Virus record (IMG/VR): IMGVR_UViG_3300024496_000012
Reading direction: 5' to 3' (one strand)
DNA length: 64,000 nt
From: a virus
The stretch's first letter is position 1, and every line of letters begins with the position of its first letter. The position numbers were made by a program, and so were the translations under genes. The notes beneath the pieces are model-generated. The model searched no databases and had not been told where the DNA came from. It saw only the letters and a list, made by a program, of their open reading frames with translations. Positions 26,439-35,535 of the stretch are shown piece by piece.

Positions 26439-27298
26439 ATCAACCTCATAAGATTTTCTGCATTTCTAACTATACTTTTTTTATTCATTACATGCACATC
26501 TGTATCTTTTATAGTCGCAGGGCAATAGTTAGCATCTACTTTACCGGACAATAAAAAAGTTAGTTTTCCGTTATCATCTACAGAATGTAGTATATCCTTA
26601 TCTATGGTCGTTAGTACCGGAGGCAATGACATTACCGGTTCCTCAAAGCCATACAATAAATGATTTGCTACACTAAAGCTGATATCATTTCTGTATTGCC
26701 TCGGATCAAATCTAAAAAGATCTCCATAATAAGAATAATGAGTCCTAACAAAATCTACTGTTTCAAAAAACATTTTTGAGACATCGTCTTTAGTAAACAT
26801 TACTGTTGTTGCCCAGAACAGTTTTACTCCTGTATCAGAAATGTAGTTGTCATGATATCCGTTCCTAGAAGGAACAACCATATCATTCATAGAATCAGAA
26901 ACTAATATAGATTCGTCTACATCCCAATATTCAGACAATCTATCAGAAAAAATTAAAAAATCGCTGTCTATTAATAATGTTCTATCGTAGGGAGTTAGAT
27001 CCCAAGCACTTGCTCTGTTAGCATTAACAAACGGAACTAATACATCAGAAAATTTTCCATCATGTAATCGACGTTGATTATCAGTTAAAGGTTTTTCAAC
27101 GATAATAAACGCTTCAAAGACTTCTTTGGCTTTTTCTACTATTTCCGATTTTGCCATCCATTCTAATGTAGAAGCATCTGTCACTAGTGTTGCAGGAACA
27201 TTAAGATGTTTACGTGCTAGACCCCCGGCTATCACTGCCATAAGGGCATAGTCTATTTCTCTATTGTTATGAGCAAATATTAGAATACCGTTGGTCAT
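26435..27298 (-). CDS. GT8-like / nucleotide-diphospho-sugar transferase (paralog)
   Basis: GILIFA...Y..MA; LTPYDRTLLIDSD (DxD); RNDISFSVA; HVMNK. Confidence 0.6.
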   Translation of the reverse strand: MTNGILIFAHNNREIDYALMAVIAGGLARKHLNVPATLVTDASTLEWMAKSEIVEKAKEVFEAFIIVEKPLTDNQRRLHDGKFSDVLVPFVNANRASAWDLTPYDRTLLIDSDFLIFSDRLSEYWDVDESILVSDSMNDMVVPSRNGYHDNYISDTGVKLFWATTVMFTKDDVSKMFFETVDFVRTHYSYYGDLFRFDPRQYRNDISFSVANHLLYGFEEPVMSLPPVLTTIDKDILHSVDDNGKLTFLLSGKVDANYCPATIKDTDVHVMNKKSIVRNAENLMRLI

Positions 27299-27645
27299 AG
27301 GTCTAATAACTTTTCTACAGATCTACTCTTTCTAAGATTTTGATATTGCTCGTGATATTCGTAGACCGATGTGAAATATCTATCTAATATTTCATTCATA
27401 AAAATATTAAGGTCGGGGATTAAGACAGGATTTCCGTTAGCGTCGATCAACGGAACATTTTGCGTTCTTTCTTGGTCGATCAAAAACTTAACAAATGCTA
27501 TGAGTGTTTGATCAATCTTAAAGATTCCACCAGATGCGCCATAGGTGAGTTTGGCTTCGATCTTTTCTTTGAGGGTTTTTCTTTGGATAGAAAAGCTCTG
27601 ACGATAGTTCGAAAAGTCAAGAGCCTGCTTGAGTTGTTCTTCCAT
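27295..27645 (-). CDS. Hypothetical protein, first gene of the minus-strand modification operon
   Basis: AGGAG RBS; preceded by a late promoter and hairpin. Confidence 0.75.
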   Translation of the reverse strand: MEEQLKQALDFSNYRQSFSIQRKTLKEKIEAKLTYGASGGIFKIDQTLIAFVKFLIDQERTQNVPLIDANGNPVLIPDLNIFMNEILDRYFTSVYEYHEQYQNLRKSRSVEKLLDL

Positions 27646-27651
27646 TGTTTC

Positions 27652-27697
27652 TCCTGATTAACATAGCAGTTTATTTATTATGCTATGATAACCAGGA
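27652..27697 (-). promoter_or_regulatory. 17-bp imperfect inverted repeat with late promoter AATAAATA (27672-27679) in the loop; stem covers the RBS of ORF 27645
   Basis: Arms TCCTGATTAACATAGCA (27652-27668) and TGCTATGATAACCAGGA (27681-27697) are 15/17 complementary (16/17 counting a G-U pair on the minus-strand RNA). Confidence 0.75.
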
Positions 27698-27701
27698 AAA
27701 T

Positions 27702-28655
27702 TTATGTTGTTATAGCGTTGATTGTTATAACTGGAGTCGAAACAGTGAAGTTACCTGCACCAACAGGAACTAATGTTCCCGAGGCAGCTAGTGTCGAAAC
27801 GTTTAGACTAAAAGTTCCATCAACAAAGTCAGGACCTCCAGAATCGCCTACGTGAGCATCGTTCCAGGTAATCTGAAACTCAATGCTGCTGGCTGTTCCT
27901 GAGCTATTGTTGGCTATTCCAGGAGTCCTAGCTGCCAGAATATAAGAGTTAGAACCATAGGGAGTGCTTGCACTCGCCGAATAGAAGTTGCTAAAAATAT
28001 TACTGCATCTATAATAGTTTAGATTATCGTTAGGAGATGTTCCAGTACCGGGCTTGTTTCCGCCCCAAGCGACTGTGCCCACCGAACTTAATAGATTAGT
28101 CCAAGATGTATTTTGCGGAATATTTTGACCTCCGCTGCGACTAGAGGTAAATCTTATTTCTCCGCCAGAGTTGAAGAAGTATCTAGCTTGATCTGCATTG
28201 GAAAATGTAACTGTGACTGTACACTGAATACGCACTGACCAAGTATTTCCGTATACCCCCGGCCATGTTTGTGTAACCGTGCCAACATTGGTCGTATAAG
28301 ACTGGCTAGGGGCTATCGTAAACTTATTTGAAACAACGGTGTTAGCCCACGAATCAAGCTGTGTAACTGGAGAGTCGGTGGCAGCTGGAGTAAATGTAGT
28401 GCTGTAACGTATTGTATTTCCTTCAGCCACGACCGCTACTGCAGGATTGGTTCCTTGTTGATGTTTATAACAGTTTATGATGTCATATCCAAGCTTCATC
28501 CAATCGTTGTATGAAACTTTCTGCCCTTCTGCGACAGCAGAACTGACAACAAACTGACCATACCCAGAGTTACTAGAACCTGTTCCTATTATAGGAACTA
28601 CTTTGTTTCGGATGCTATTGTAGTCTGCTTGACTGATTTTATCATTAACTGCCAT
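27702..28655 (-). CDS. Virion structural protein (tail/fiber-associated), paralog of 28672
   Basis: Thr/Ser/Gly-rich; shares I...DY.SIR.K...GTG....GYGQ.V.S..V..GQ and V.F.NA.Q.RYFFNSGG.IR.TS.R.GG with the next gene. Confidence 0.6.
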   Translation of the reverse strand: MAVNDKISQADYNSIRNKVVPIIGTGSSNSGYGQFVVSSAVAEGQKVSYNDWMKLGYDIINCYKHQQGTNPAVAVVAEGNTIRYSTTFTPAATDSPVTQLDSWANTVVSNKFTIAPSQSYTTNVGTVTQTWPGVYGNTWSVRIQCTVTVTFSNADQARYFFNSGGEIRFTSSRSGGQNIPQNTSWTNLLSSVGTVAWGGNKPGTGTSPNDNLNYYRCSNIFSNFYSASASTPYGSNSYILAARTPGIANNSSGTASSIEFQITWNDAHVGDSGGPDFVDGTFSLNVSTLAASGTLVPVGAGNFTVSTPVITINAITT

Positions 28656-28660
28656 GGTAA

Positions 28661-28668
28661 TATTTACT
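28661..28668 (-). promoter_or_regulatory. Late promoter motif (AG)TAAATA
   Basis: Intergenic, 5 nt upstream of ATG 28655. Confidence 0.55.
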
Positions 28669-28671
28669 TTA

Positions 28672-29586
28672 TCAGGTAGCGGTAATCGAAGATAGCGAAT
28701 ATGTAGGACTTACGATACTAAATGTTCCTGTAGGAAATAGTGTTCCAGCAGCTTTGGCTTCCTCTACTGTTAAAGATAGTGTACCATCTACACCATCGCC
28801 CGGAGGATTCACATAACCAGTGAGCACGTCAGGATCGACGTATGCATCAACCCACCTGATTTTGAATATTATCTGTGTGGCAGTTCCGTTGATATTATTA
28901 GCAACATCACATTTTGCCTCTACCTGATAATAGCTATTAGAATAAGGAGCACTAGAAGCTAGATATTTAAACAGCTGATAGTTATTTGTTAAAGTATAAT
29001 AGCTTAGTTGTTTTGTTTTGTCTGCATCAAAAGCTATCGTTCCTACTGAAGAAAGTATGCTAGTCCATGCTGCATTTTGTAGTGTTGCTACACCGCCGGT
29101 CCTTGTTGATGTTAAACGTATACTTCCGCCGCTATTGAAAAAATATCTTCCTTGATTTGCATTGGCAAATGTCACTGTTAGCGTTGCTGTTGCCTCAATC
29201 GACCATAAACTTGTATAAGTGGCATTGGCTTTGCTAGTTACCGCGAACTGTCCAAGTCCGACATTGAATCTAGTAAGTGTGGCCTGATCTGCGAGATTAT
29301 CATAATCAGTATTTGGATTACCTGCACCGTATCTTATTGGATCAGTCTTCTGTATTTCCACTATAGATGGCATCACACCATCTTGGTGAAACTTGATAGA
29401 CATGAGATCATATCTTAAGGCATCCCACTGTGCTTTGGTTGCGGTTTGGCCGCTGGTTACATCAGCACTGTAAACAGTCTGTCCATACCCTTTATCTGCT
29501 GATCCGGTGCCTAAAAGAGCTATAATCTTAGCACGAATGCTAGTATAGTCTACCGCAGCAATCTGTGATCCAACTGCTCCGCTCAT
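28672..29586 (-). CDS. Virion structural protein (tail/fiber-associated), paralog of 27702
   Basis: Same motifs as ORF 27702. Confidence 0.6.
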   Translation of the reverse strand: MSGAVGSQIAAVDYTSIRAKIIALLGTGSADKGYGQTVYSADVTSGQTATKAQWDALRYDLMSIKFHQDGVMPSIVEIQKTDPIRYGAGNPNTDYDNLADQATLTRFNVGLGQFAVTSKANATYTSLWSIEATATLTVTFANANQGRYFFNSGGSIRLTSTRTGGVATLQNAAWTSILSSVGTIAFDADKTKQLSYYTLTNNYQLFKYLASSAPYSNSYYQVEAKCDVANNINGTATQIIFKIRWVDAYVDPDVLTGYVNPPGDGVDGTLSLTVEEAKAAGTLFPTGTFSIVSPTYSLSSITAT

Positions 29587-31370
29587 TATAACACCAATAC
29601 TTCAATGATTTTTTCGCCTTCATCATCGCTCGATTCTAAGGCGACCCCAAACACTTTTTTATCTCCAAATCTATCTGAAACTGCTACACCATTTGGTCCC
29701 GGGCACATGTCATCGCCCTTGGAAACTGGGCCTAACACTCTGCAAGGTACACGACCTTTTAGTGCGACATAAACACCACCCTCGAGGTCTTTATTCATCA
29801 TATAGGCTGGGTTTGTACTAATAACACCAATGGCTCTATCCCCACCGCTGGCTTGTGTAATCTCTGCATCGCCGCCGATTGTAACTACTGTGCCAGGTGC
29901 ATATTCTTGGTCTGGCAAATATTTTTCTGCAAGGTCAGCGTAACGTGCTGCTGTTGCAGTACCATCAAATAACACAGCTACTAGATTACCGCCGGATGTT
30001 CTAGCTGCAATGGTACTTCCTGTTGCTGTTGTTTTTGCTGTTTTGTAGTTAGGATCAGAATCGATAGCTGTGTCATCGATCTTGATACGATCTGCTTTAT
30101 CAGCAGTTCCAACAAACTGATTAGCTATGATATTTCCGCTGCTATTTCTAACAGGAATCGATGTTTTATCAATACTACTAGGTAACGAAGTGCTAGGAAC
30201 AAAGTTTGTAAGAGTTGTTGCGTTAGTAGCTGTACCTGTAACGTTACCAGATACAGTTCCAACAAGATTACCACGTATAGTAGCACCGGTATATCCTATT
30301 TCTTTAGTAGAACCATTAACTAAAATAGTCGCGTCAACAGCCGCTACTGTTCCTGTATGTGTTCCAGTACTATTGCCTGTGACATTTCCTGTTAGATTGC
30401 CATGGAAAGTAGTGGCATAAACATCGGACCATCTATACCCAGTATTACCGATTGTATAAGCATTATCTGCACCTGGAATCATTCCAGTATTATCAAAGAT
30501 AGCAACGTCTTCTGCAGAGTTGTTATAGTTGATACGAATAGTTACTGGATTTCCATTATTGATACTTTCTAGTAGCGAACTGGTATTACCTTGTACGTTA
30601 GTACCAATATGTACATATAGGTCTTTACTGTTACCTACATAGTATCCGGCATTCTGAAAAGTAACATCTTGATCAAATGTAATGCTACCTTTTCTAATAT
30701 ATTCTGTCGCTTCAACACCACCTAAGCTAACTGCATTACTAGCGGTACCCCAGAAATATGCTGTACCGGTTGTAGTAATACCATTAGAGTTAGTATTAAC
30801 TAAAGTAATGCCTTTCTTGATTAGAGAAAATCCTGTAATCGGATTAACATTGTTTAACACAAACTCAGATTCGCTAACGACGGCCATTACTTTGCCGCCT
30901 GCAATGATCTTTAATATCGTTTGGTTAGCGTTTGTGTCGTCTTTGACAACCTGAGAAGTTACTGAGCTTGTTCCTAGTTCTGGACTAGCCTGCGGACCAA
31001 TCAATACATATTCAGTTCCGGACCATGTGTATAGCTGTTTAGCACTAGTATCAAACCAAAACTCGCCTGTTGCTAGTCCGGATGGAGCAGATGATCCGGT
31101 TTCAGCACCGCCGGCAACTTTAAACTTGCTACCGTCATAGTACTTCAGCTTCTTATTTCCGCTGTCATACCATATTTGTCCAGTTAGTGCCTTTGGAGGG
31201 GGACTGGTGTTTGAAAAGTTTTCTAGAAGATAAACAAGATTTTCGTTTTCAATAGCACCGTAACCGGCGTAGTTTTTACCTACGAGATTAAGATCTGTGC
31301 TAGTATCTACGGTTCCGTCTTGTACGGTTACTAAAAAAGAACCGTTAAATTTGTTAATTGTATATGCCAT
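29586..31370 (-). CDS. Tail fiber/spike protein with C-terminal peptidase-G2-like intramolecular chaperone
   Basis: Shared fiber N-terminus (MAY.IN..NG..DGT.DT..L.LVGKNY.GYG..NEN..LLENF); G.L.G.V.GN repeats; C-terminal RYADLAEKY..GTVV.IGG..IGVIS.NPA..VAL.GRVPC.V.G.V.KGD. Confidence 0.7.
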   Translation of the reverse strand: MAYTINKFNGSFLVTVQDGTVDTSTDLNLVGKNYAGYGAIENENLVYLLENFSNTSPPPKALTGQIWYDSGNKKLKYYDGSKFKVAGGAETGSSAPSGLATGEFWFDTSAKQLYTWSGTEYVLIGPQASPELGTSSVTSQVVKDDTNANQTILKIIAGGKVMAVVSESEFVLNNVNPITGFSLIKKGITLVNTNSNGITTTGTAYFWGTASNAVSLGGVEATEYIRKGSITFDQDVTFQNAGYYVGNSKDLYVHIGTNVQGNTSSLLESINNGNPVTIRINYNNSAEDVAIFDNTGMIPGADNAYTIGNTGYRWSDVYATTFHGNLTGNVTGNSTGTHTGTVAAVDATILVNGSTKEIGYTGATIRGNLVGTVSGNVTGTATNATTLTNFVPSTSLPSSIDKTSIPVRNSSGNIIANQFVGTADKADRIKIDDTAIDSDPNYKTAKTTATGSTIAARTSGGNLVAVLFDGTATAARYADLAEKYLPDQEYAPGTVVTIGGDAEITQASGGDRAIGVISTNPAYMMNKDLEGGVYVALKGRVPCRVLGPVSKGDDMCPGPNGVAVSDRFGDKKVFGVALESSDDEGEKIIEVLVL

Positions 31371-31395
31371 TGGGCTGCTCCACCTTTATTCGTTA

Positions 31396-31403
31396 TATTT
31401 ATT
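31396..31403 (-). promoter_or_regulatory. Late promoter motif AATAAATA
   Basis: Intergenic, upstream of the GGTGGAG RBS and ATG 31370. Confidence 0.6.
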
Positions 31404-33618
31404 AGAGTTTCATTATGTAAAACAATGCTACATAGGGCGGTAATGTTTGTACCACAATATCTCCGCTGTTTGCTGTTACTGTTATACTGTGATTGTGATT
31501 TCCGTCAGTGCTAAGGCTGTGATTGTGCGGAGCTCCTGTTGGCCCGCCACCTGCTGTATCAGTTCTGCTTGGAAACCCATAATATCCGTTGTCTCGATCT
31601 CCGTCACTAGCGTTTCCAGCGTAAAAGCTAGGATAGATGTATGTTCCATTTCTATCATATGCCGAGGCTGTACTGCCTCCAAGACCGTAGTCACCGACGA
31701 TCGCGTAAACGTCTGTAAAGTTATGATAGTGTTCGGGCATCATAGCAGCACTTAGCGCAGTACTGCCAGTAGAACCACCGTGACTGTGAGCTCCTGCTGC
31801 CGATGTTGTACCTGTAAAAGTAAGATTTACATTGTTAGTTGATGATGTAGAACCACCTGTAGTACCCATTGTATAAGTGCTTCCTGCACCAACAACAAAC
31901 TTGTTTCGTAAATCTGGGGTTCCGTTTGTACCATCGCACAAGCCCCATCCACTAGGTACGGCATTAGATGCTCCATACCATTGCATGATCATACCACGAA
32001 CAAAAGCTGCTCCCCAAAATGGAGGATTTCCTGTACCTGCGGTCTGCAATACCTGACCCGGTTGTCCTGGCGGCAGCATCGTTGTGGTGCCTGGTCCAGA
32101 CTGATATGGCAATGAACCGATTTGGCCGCTATCAAGATTCGTTGCGTTTATAGCGTGATCAGCTGTAGGAGCATTTCCTGTAATATCACCATGGAAAACT
32201 GTACCGTATACATCGGCAGTGTACAAGTCTCCAAACTTTTTATTAGGTGTTCCTAGCAACCAACCACCATCTGTATCAGGAATAATCGCAGGTAAAGATG
32301 CACCCCCTTCGGTAATAGTCACTGCACTAGGAGTTAATCTCAATGTAGGATAGCTGCCTGAAATCGTTATGTCTTGTATCGATAGATTAAACTCTGTGTT
32401 TGCTTTAATTTTACCAATAGATCCATCAACTAATAGGCTAAAGTTGGTTGTGCTGCCGTTACCTAGTTTAATGCCCCCAAATCCCTGAACTGACAACTCA
32501 TTTAGATACCCAACCTTGGTAAGATTTGAGTTGATTATGCCTGTATTTAGATCAGTACCGATTAAATTTTCTGCATCAACAGTTACATCAATATTAGCTG
32601 AACCGTCAAAGAGGACTCCGTTTATAGTCCTCGCGGTTTGTAATCTAGTTGCAGTATAGCTATTACCAGTTAATACTGCACCTCTAAACTCATTGGCTGT
32701 AATGATATTAAAATCGCTGATGCCGGTTGATGTAACATCACCAGTGACGTTACCTGTTAAATCTGCTGTGATTCTGTTTGCAGAAAAGTTTCCTGCGGTA
32801 TCACGTGCAACAACTTTGCCTATAACATTATTTGGACTAGCATCTACACCCCAGGTAATATCAGTACTACCATTAAAGTTGCTACCTGTAATATAACTAC
32901 CTTTCTTTAGTATGCCAGGTGTTGATGCTGTAATAGTTATATCAGACTGCCCGTCAAAAAATACTCCGTTGATTTTTCTTGGTGTTTCTAATCTTGAAGC
33001 TCTGTCGGCAAGACCTACTATATCCCCTTTAAGTTTAACAAACTCTGCTAGATTGATACCTTTAATGAGATTGTTAAAACCTAAAATACCAACATCAGGT
33101 CTAATAGTAAAGGCCGCACCGGATACTATAGCAATAACTTCGCCCGCTATTAACAGCTCTATTACAGGATGAGGGTTATTATTAGAGTCAAATAATACTG
33201 TAGATATGGCTCTGGTCATTGCGCCAAAGCCTTCAACGTTTTCAGGACCTATTAATGCCCATTCATCGCCGTTGAATACATAAAGTTGATTGATAGGAGT
33301 CTTTAACCATAGAGCTCCTGGAGCTGGATTTTCTGGTTCTGTATCCTGCACTGACCCGCCAATAGGGTGCCATTCAGTACCATTGTACACATTCATGGTA
33401 TTATTTGATGTATCAAACCATGTTTGTCCGCTAATAGGTCTCAGTGGCGGTTTATCATTGGCAAAGTTTTCTAACAGATATAAGAAGTTTTCATTCTGTT
33501 GTGTGCCATAGCCAATATAATTTTTACCTACTAGCCCAATGCTAGTAGTTGTATCTAACGTTCCATCTTGTAGAACAACAAGCTGCTGGCCGTTATATCT
33601 GTTAATAATGTAAGACAT
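31402..33618 (-). CDS. Tail fiber protein with C-terminal tail-collar-like domain and His-rich tip repeats
   Basis: Shared fiber N-terminus; A..L.T.R.INGV.FDG..DI repeats; GMIMQWYG..PSGW.LCDGTNGTPDLRNKFVVGAG; HSH/HYH/HNH motifs. Confidence 0.8.
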   Translation of the reverse strand: MSYIINRYNGQQLVVLQDGTLDTTTSIGLVGKNYIGYGTQQNENFLYLLENFANDKPPLRPISGQTWFDTSNNTMNVYNGTEWHPIGGSVQDTEPENPAPGALWLKTPINQLYVFNGDEWALIGPENVEGFGAMTRAISTVLFDSNNNPHPVIELLIAGEVIAIVSGAAFTIRPDVGILGFNNLIKGINLAEFVKLKGDIVGLADRASRLETPRKINGVFFDGQSDITITASTPGILKKGSYITGSNFNGSTDITWGVDASPNNVIGKVVARDTAGNFSANRITADLTGNVTGDVTSTGISDFNIITANEFRGAVLTGNSYTATRLQTARTINGVLFDGSANIDVTVDAENLIGTDLNTGIINSNLTKVGYLNELSVQGFGGIKLGNGSTTNFSLLVDGSIGKIKANTEFNLSIQDITISGSYPTLRLTPSAVTITEGGASLPAIIPDTDGGWLLGTPNKKFGDLYTADVYGTVFHGDITGNAPTADHAINATNLDSGQIGSLPYQSGPGTTTMLPPGQPGQVLQTAGTGNPPFWGAAFVRGMIMQWYGASNAVPSGWGLCDGTNGTPDLRNKFVVGAGSTYTMGTTGGSTSSTNNVNLTFTGTTSAAGAHSHGGSTGSTALSAAMMPEHYHNFTDVYAIVGDYGLGGSTASAYDRNGTYIYPSFYAGNASDGDRDNGYYGFPSRTDTAGGGPTGAPHNHSLSTDGNHNHSITVTANSGDIVVQTLPPYVALFYIMKL

Positions 33619-33639
33619 GTTCTATGCGCTCCGATCTCA

Positions 33640-35523
33640 TTATGGTGGTAATACTGTGTCGCCTACAAACTGCCAGTTATTTGCGATAATCTGGAATATC
33701 TTAACGATACGTGTAACTGAAATTGTGCTAGGCGGAATGATTGCTGTGTTAATAGCAACGTTTGTAACTGCTGGAGCTGTACCTGTCGGAGTATTAAATG
33801 TAGCCGTACTCTGATTGAGCAAGGGATTTATATCTAATGTAGTAGACTGAGGACTTAGAATATTACATAAGACTCTAGCAACGGCTCCATTTCTAAAATC
33901 AGCAGGTGGCGCAACGTTATTCAAAATATTTGTGATGATGTAAGAGTTATCTTTACCATCTGAAAGATCAATACTTAATGCTACCGGACGTGTTTCTAAT
34001 CTATTATCTGTATATTCTTTAGTCGCAGCATCTTGGGCACTGACCGGATCTCCCATACCTGTGATTCTTGGATAACCTTGAAGGGCTATATTTCCATTCC
34101 CATTAGGTGCTATCTCTAAATCTTGGTCGGTTTGAAGTGTAGAAATCCTATTATCTTCCAACTTCATATAAGGTACAGGTGGAACACCTGGGCCAATATT
34201 AACTACAGACTGTGTACCAAATGATGTAACCCCAGGAATACTAGTAATATTAGCTCCCAACGAGTTTCCTGTTAAAACTGGAACTCCGTCGATAGCAAAA
34301 TATTTTCCTGCTGCGAGATTGATATGTTCTGAACTATTCCATGCTTTACTGTATAAAGCAGGCAACGCATCAATATATCCTCCAGCAATAGCTTCTGAAC
34401 TATTTGAACCCGCGGCTGCTCCGCCATCTGACCAAACAAAGACATGTGCTGTAGCACCTTGTACTATCATGCCACCTGTATCAGCATTTGCATCAGTAGG
34501 TAAGACTCCCGTAGTTTTTGCCAATACAATATTTTTATCTTCAACCGTTACTGTGGAAACGTTGACTGTAGTAGTGTCACCATTTACTGTTAGATTGCCA
34601 GCGATAGTTAGATTACCTGCAAGATTAACTTGGCTTTCTGGTTGATTAGGATATATGTCAATCGTCCTTGTCGATCCTGATATCCTAATGCCTGTTTCGG
34701 CTGTAATGTCTTTACGTACATTAATAAACAAATCTCTATTAGATGCAGAGTTAGCTAATATCACATCACCATTGGTAACTCGCAATGTCGCTTGGTCAGC
34801 ACTACCGATAATAATACCAAGGTCTGTGGTAATCTTCAACTGCCCTTGCATCGAGTTCGCAGTATCTGTTCGAACATAGTTAGCGGCTGGAACTGCATTT
34901 AAGTTTTCAGCATTAGTGGCCGTTACATTAAACTTTAATCCGGTTAGTGTACCTGCATTGAAACCAGGAATAATGCTGCCTGAAAACCCTGTGATAGCAT
35001 TCTTTGGAGTAAATGAATCTTTAGCAAATATTCCAAGTAAAATTCCGTTATTATACAATGATGTAATAACTCTAGTTTGATTTAATGTATCTAATATACT
35101 TTCAATCTTTAGACCACTTACACCTTGAGTCACTGAATAAGCAGGCGCTAACAATATCGTGCTAGTACCGTCATAGAAAAATAGTTGTTTGTCTACATCA
35201 TTGAACCAAAGATCACCAACACCCAACGTCGAAGGTTGGGTACTCGAAATAGTAGCAGAGCTCACGGGAACAAAACTAGTTCCTGTATAAACCTTTAGTT
35301 TTCCTTCTGCGGTATCAAACCATATCTGTCCTCGTATAGGATGTGATGGTTTTGTACTTCCTGAAAAATGTTCTAGAAGTTTTATTAAATTTTCATTAAG
35401 GGCTTCTCCAAAGCCGCTGTAGTTTTTTCCGATCAAAGTAAGATCAGTCGATAATGTATCGATTTGACCGTCTGCAACTACAGCTACTATTGATCCGTCT
35501 GTTCTGTTAACTTGATACGCCAT
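33640..35523 (-). CDS. Tail fiber protein
   Basis: Shared fiber N-terminus; TTTVN..TVTVEDKNI.L and P....DAATK.Y.D fiber motifs. Confidence 0.75.
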   Translation of the reverse strand: MAYQVNRTDGSIVAVVADGQIDTLSTDLTLIGKNYSGFGEALNENLIKLLEHFSGSTKPSHPIRGQIWFDTAEGKLKVYTGTSFVPVSSATISSTQPSTLGVGDLWFNDVDKQLFFYDGTSTILLAPAYSVTQGVSGLKIESILDTLNQTRVITSLYNNGILLGIFAKDSFTPKNAITGFSGSIIPGFNAGTLTGLKFNVTATNAENLNAVPAANYVRTDTANSMQGQLKITTDLGIIIGSADQATLRVTNGDVILANSASNRDLFINVRKDITAETGIRISGSTRTIDIYPNQPESQVNLAGNLTIAGNLTVNGDTTTVNVSTVTVEDKNIVLAKTTGVLPTDANADTGGMIVQGATAHVFVWSDGGAAAGSNSSEAIAGGYIDALPALYSKAWNSSEHINLAAGKYFAIDGVPVLTGNSLGANITSIPGVTSFGTQSVVNIGPGVPPVPYMKLEDNRISTLQTDQDLEIAPNGNGNIALQGYPRITGMGDPVSAQDAATKEYTDNRLETRPVALSIDLSDGKDNSYIITNILNNVAPPADFRNGAVARVLCNILSPQSTTLDINPLLNQSTATFNTPTGTAPAVTNVAINTAIIPPSTISVTRIVKIFQIIANNWQFVGDTVLPP

Positions 35524-35535
35524 GTTCTTGCCCTA

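Noticed and set aside
9304-27645. Cluster as contaminating or misassembled host O-antigen/capsule locus
   Set aside because: It is joined to phage genes by overlaps and T4-type late promoters, and it lacks wzx, wzy, wzm/wzt or a priming phosphoglycosyl transferase.
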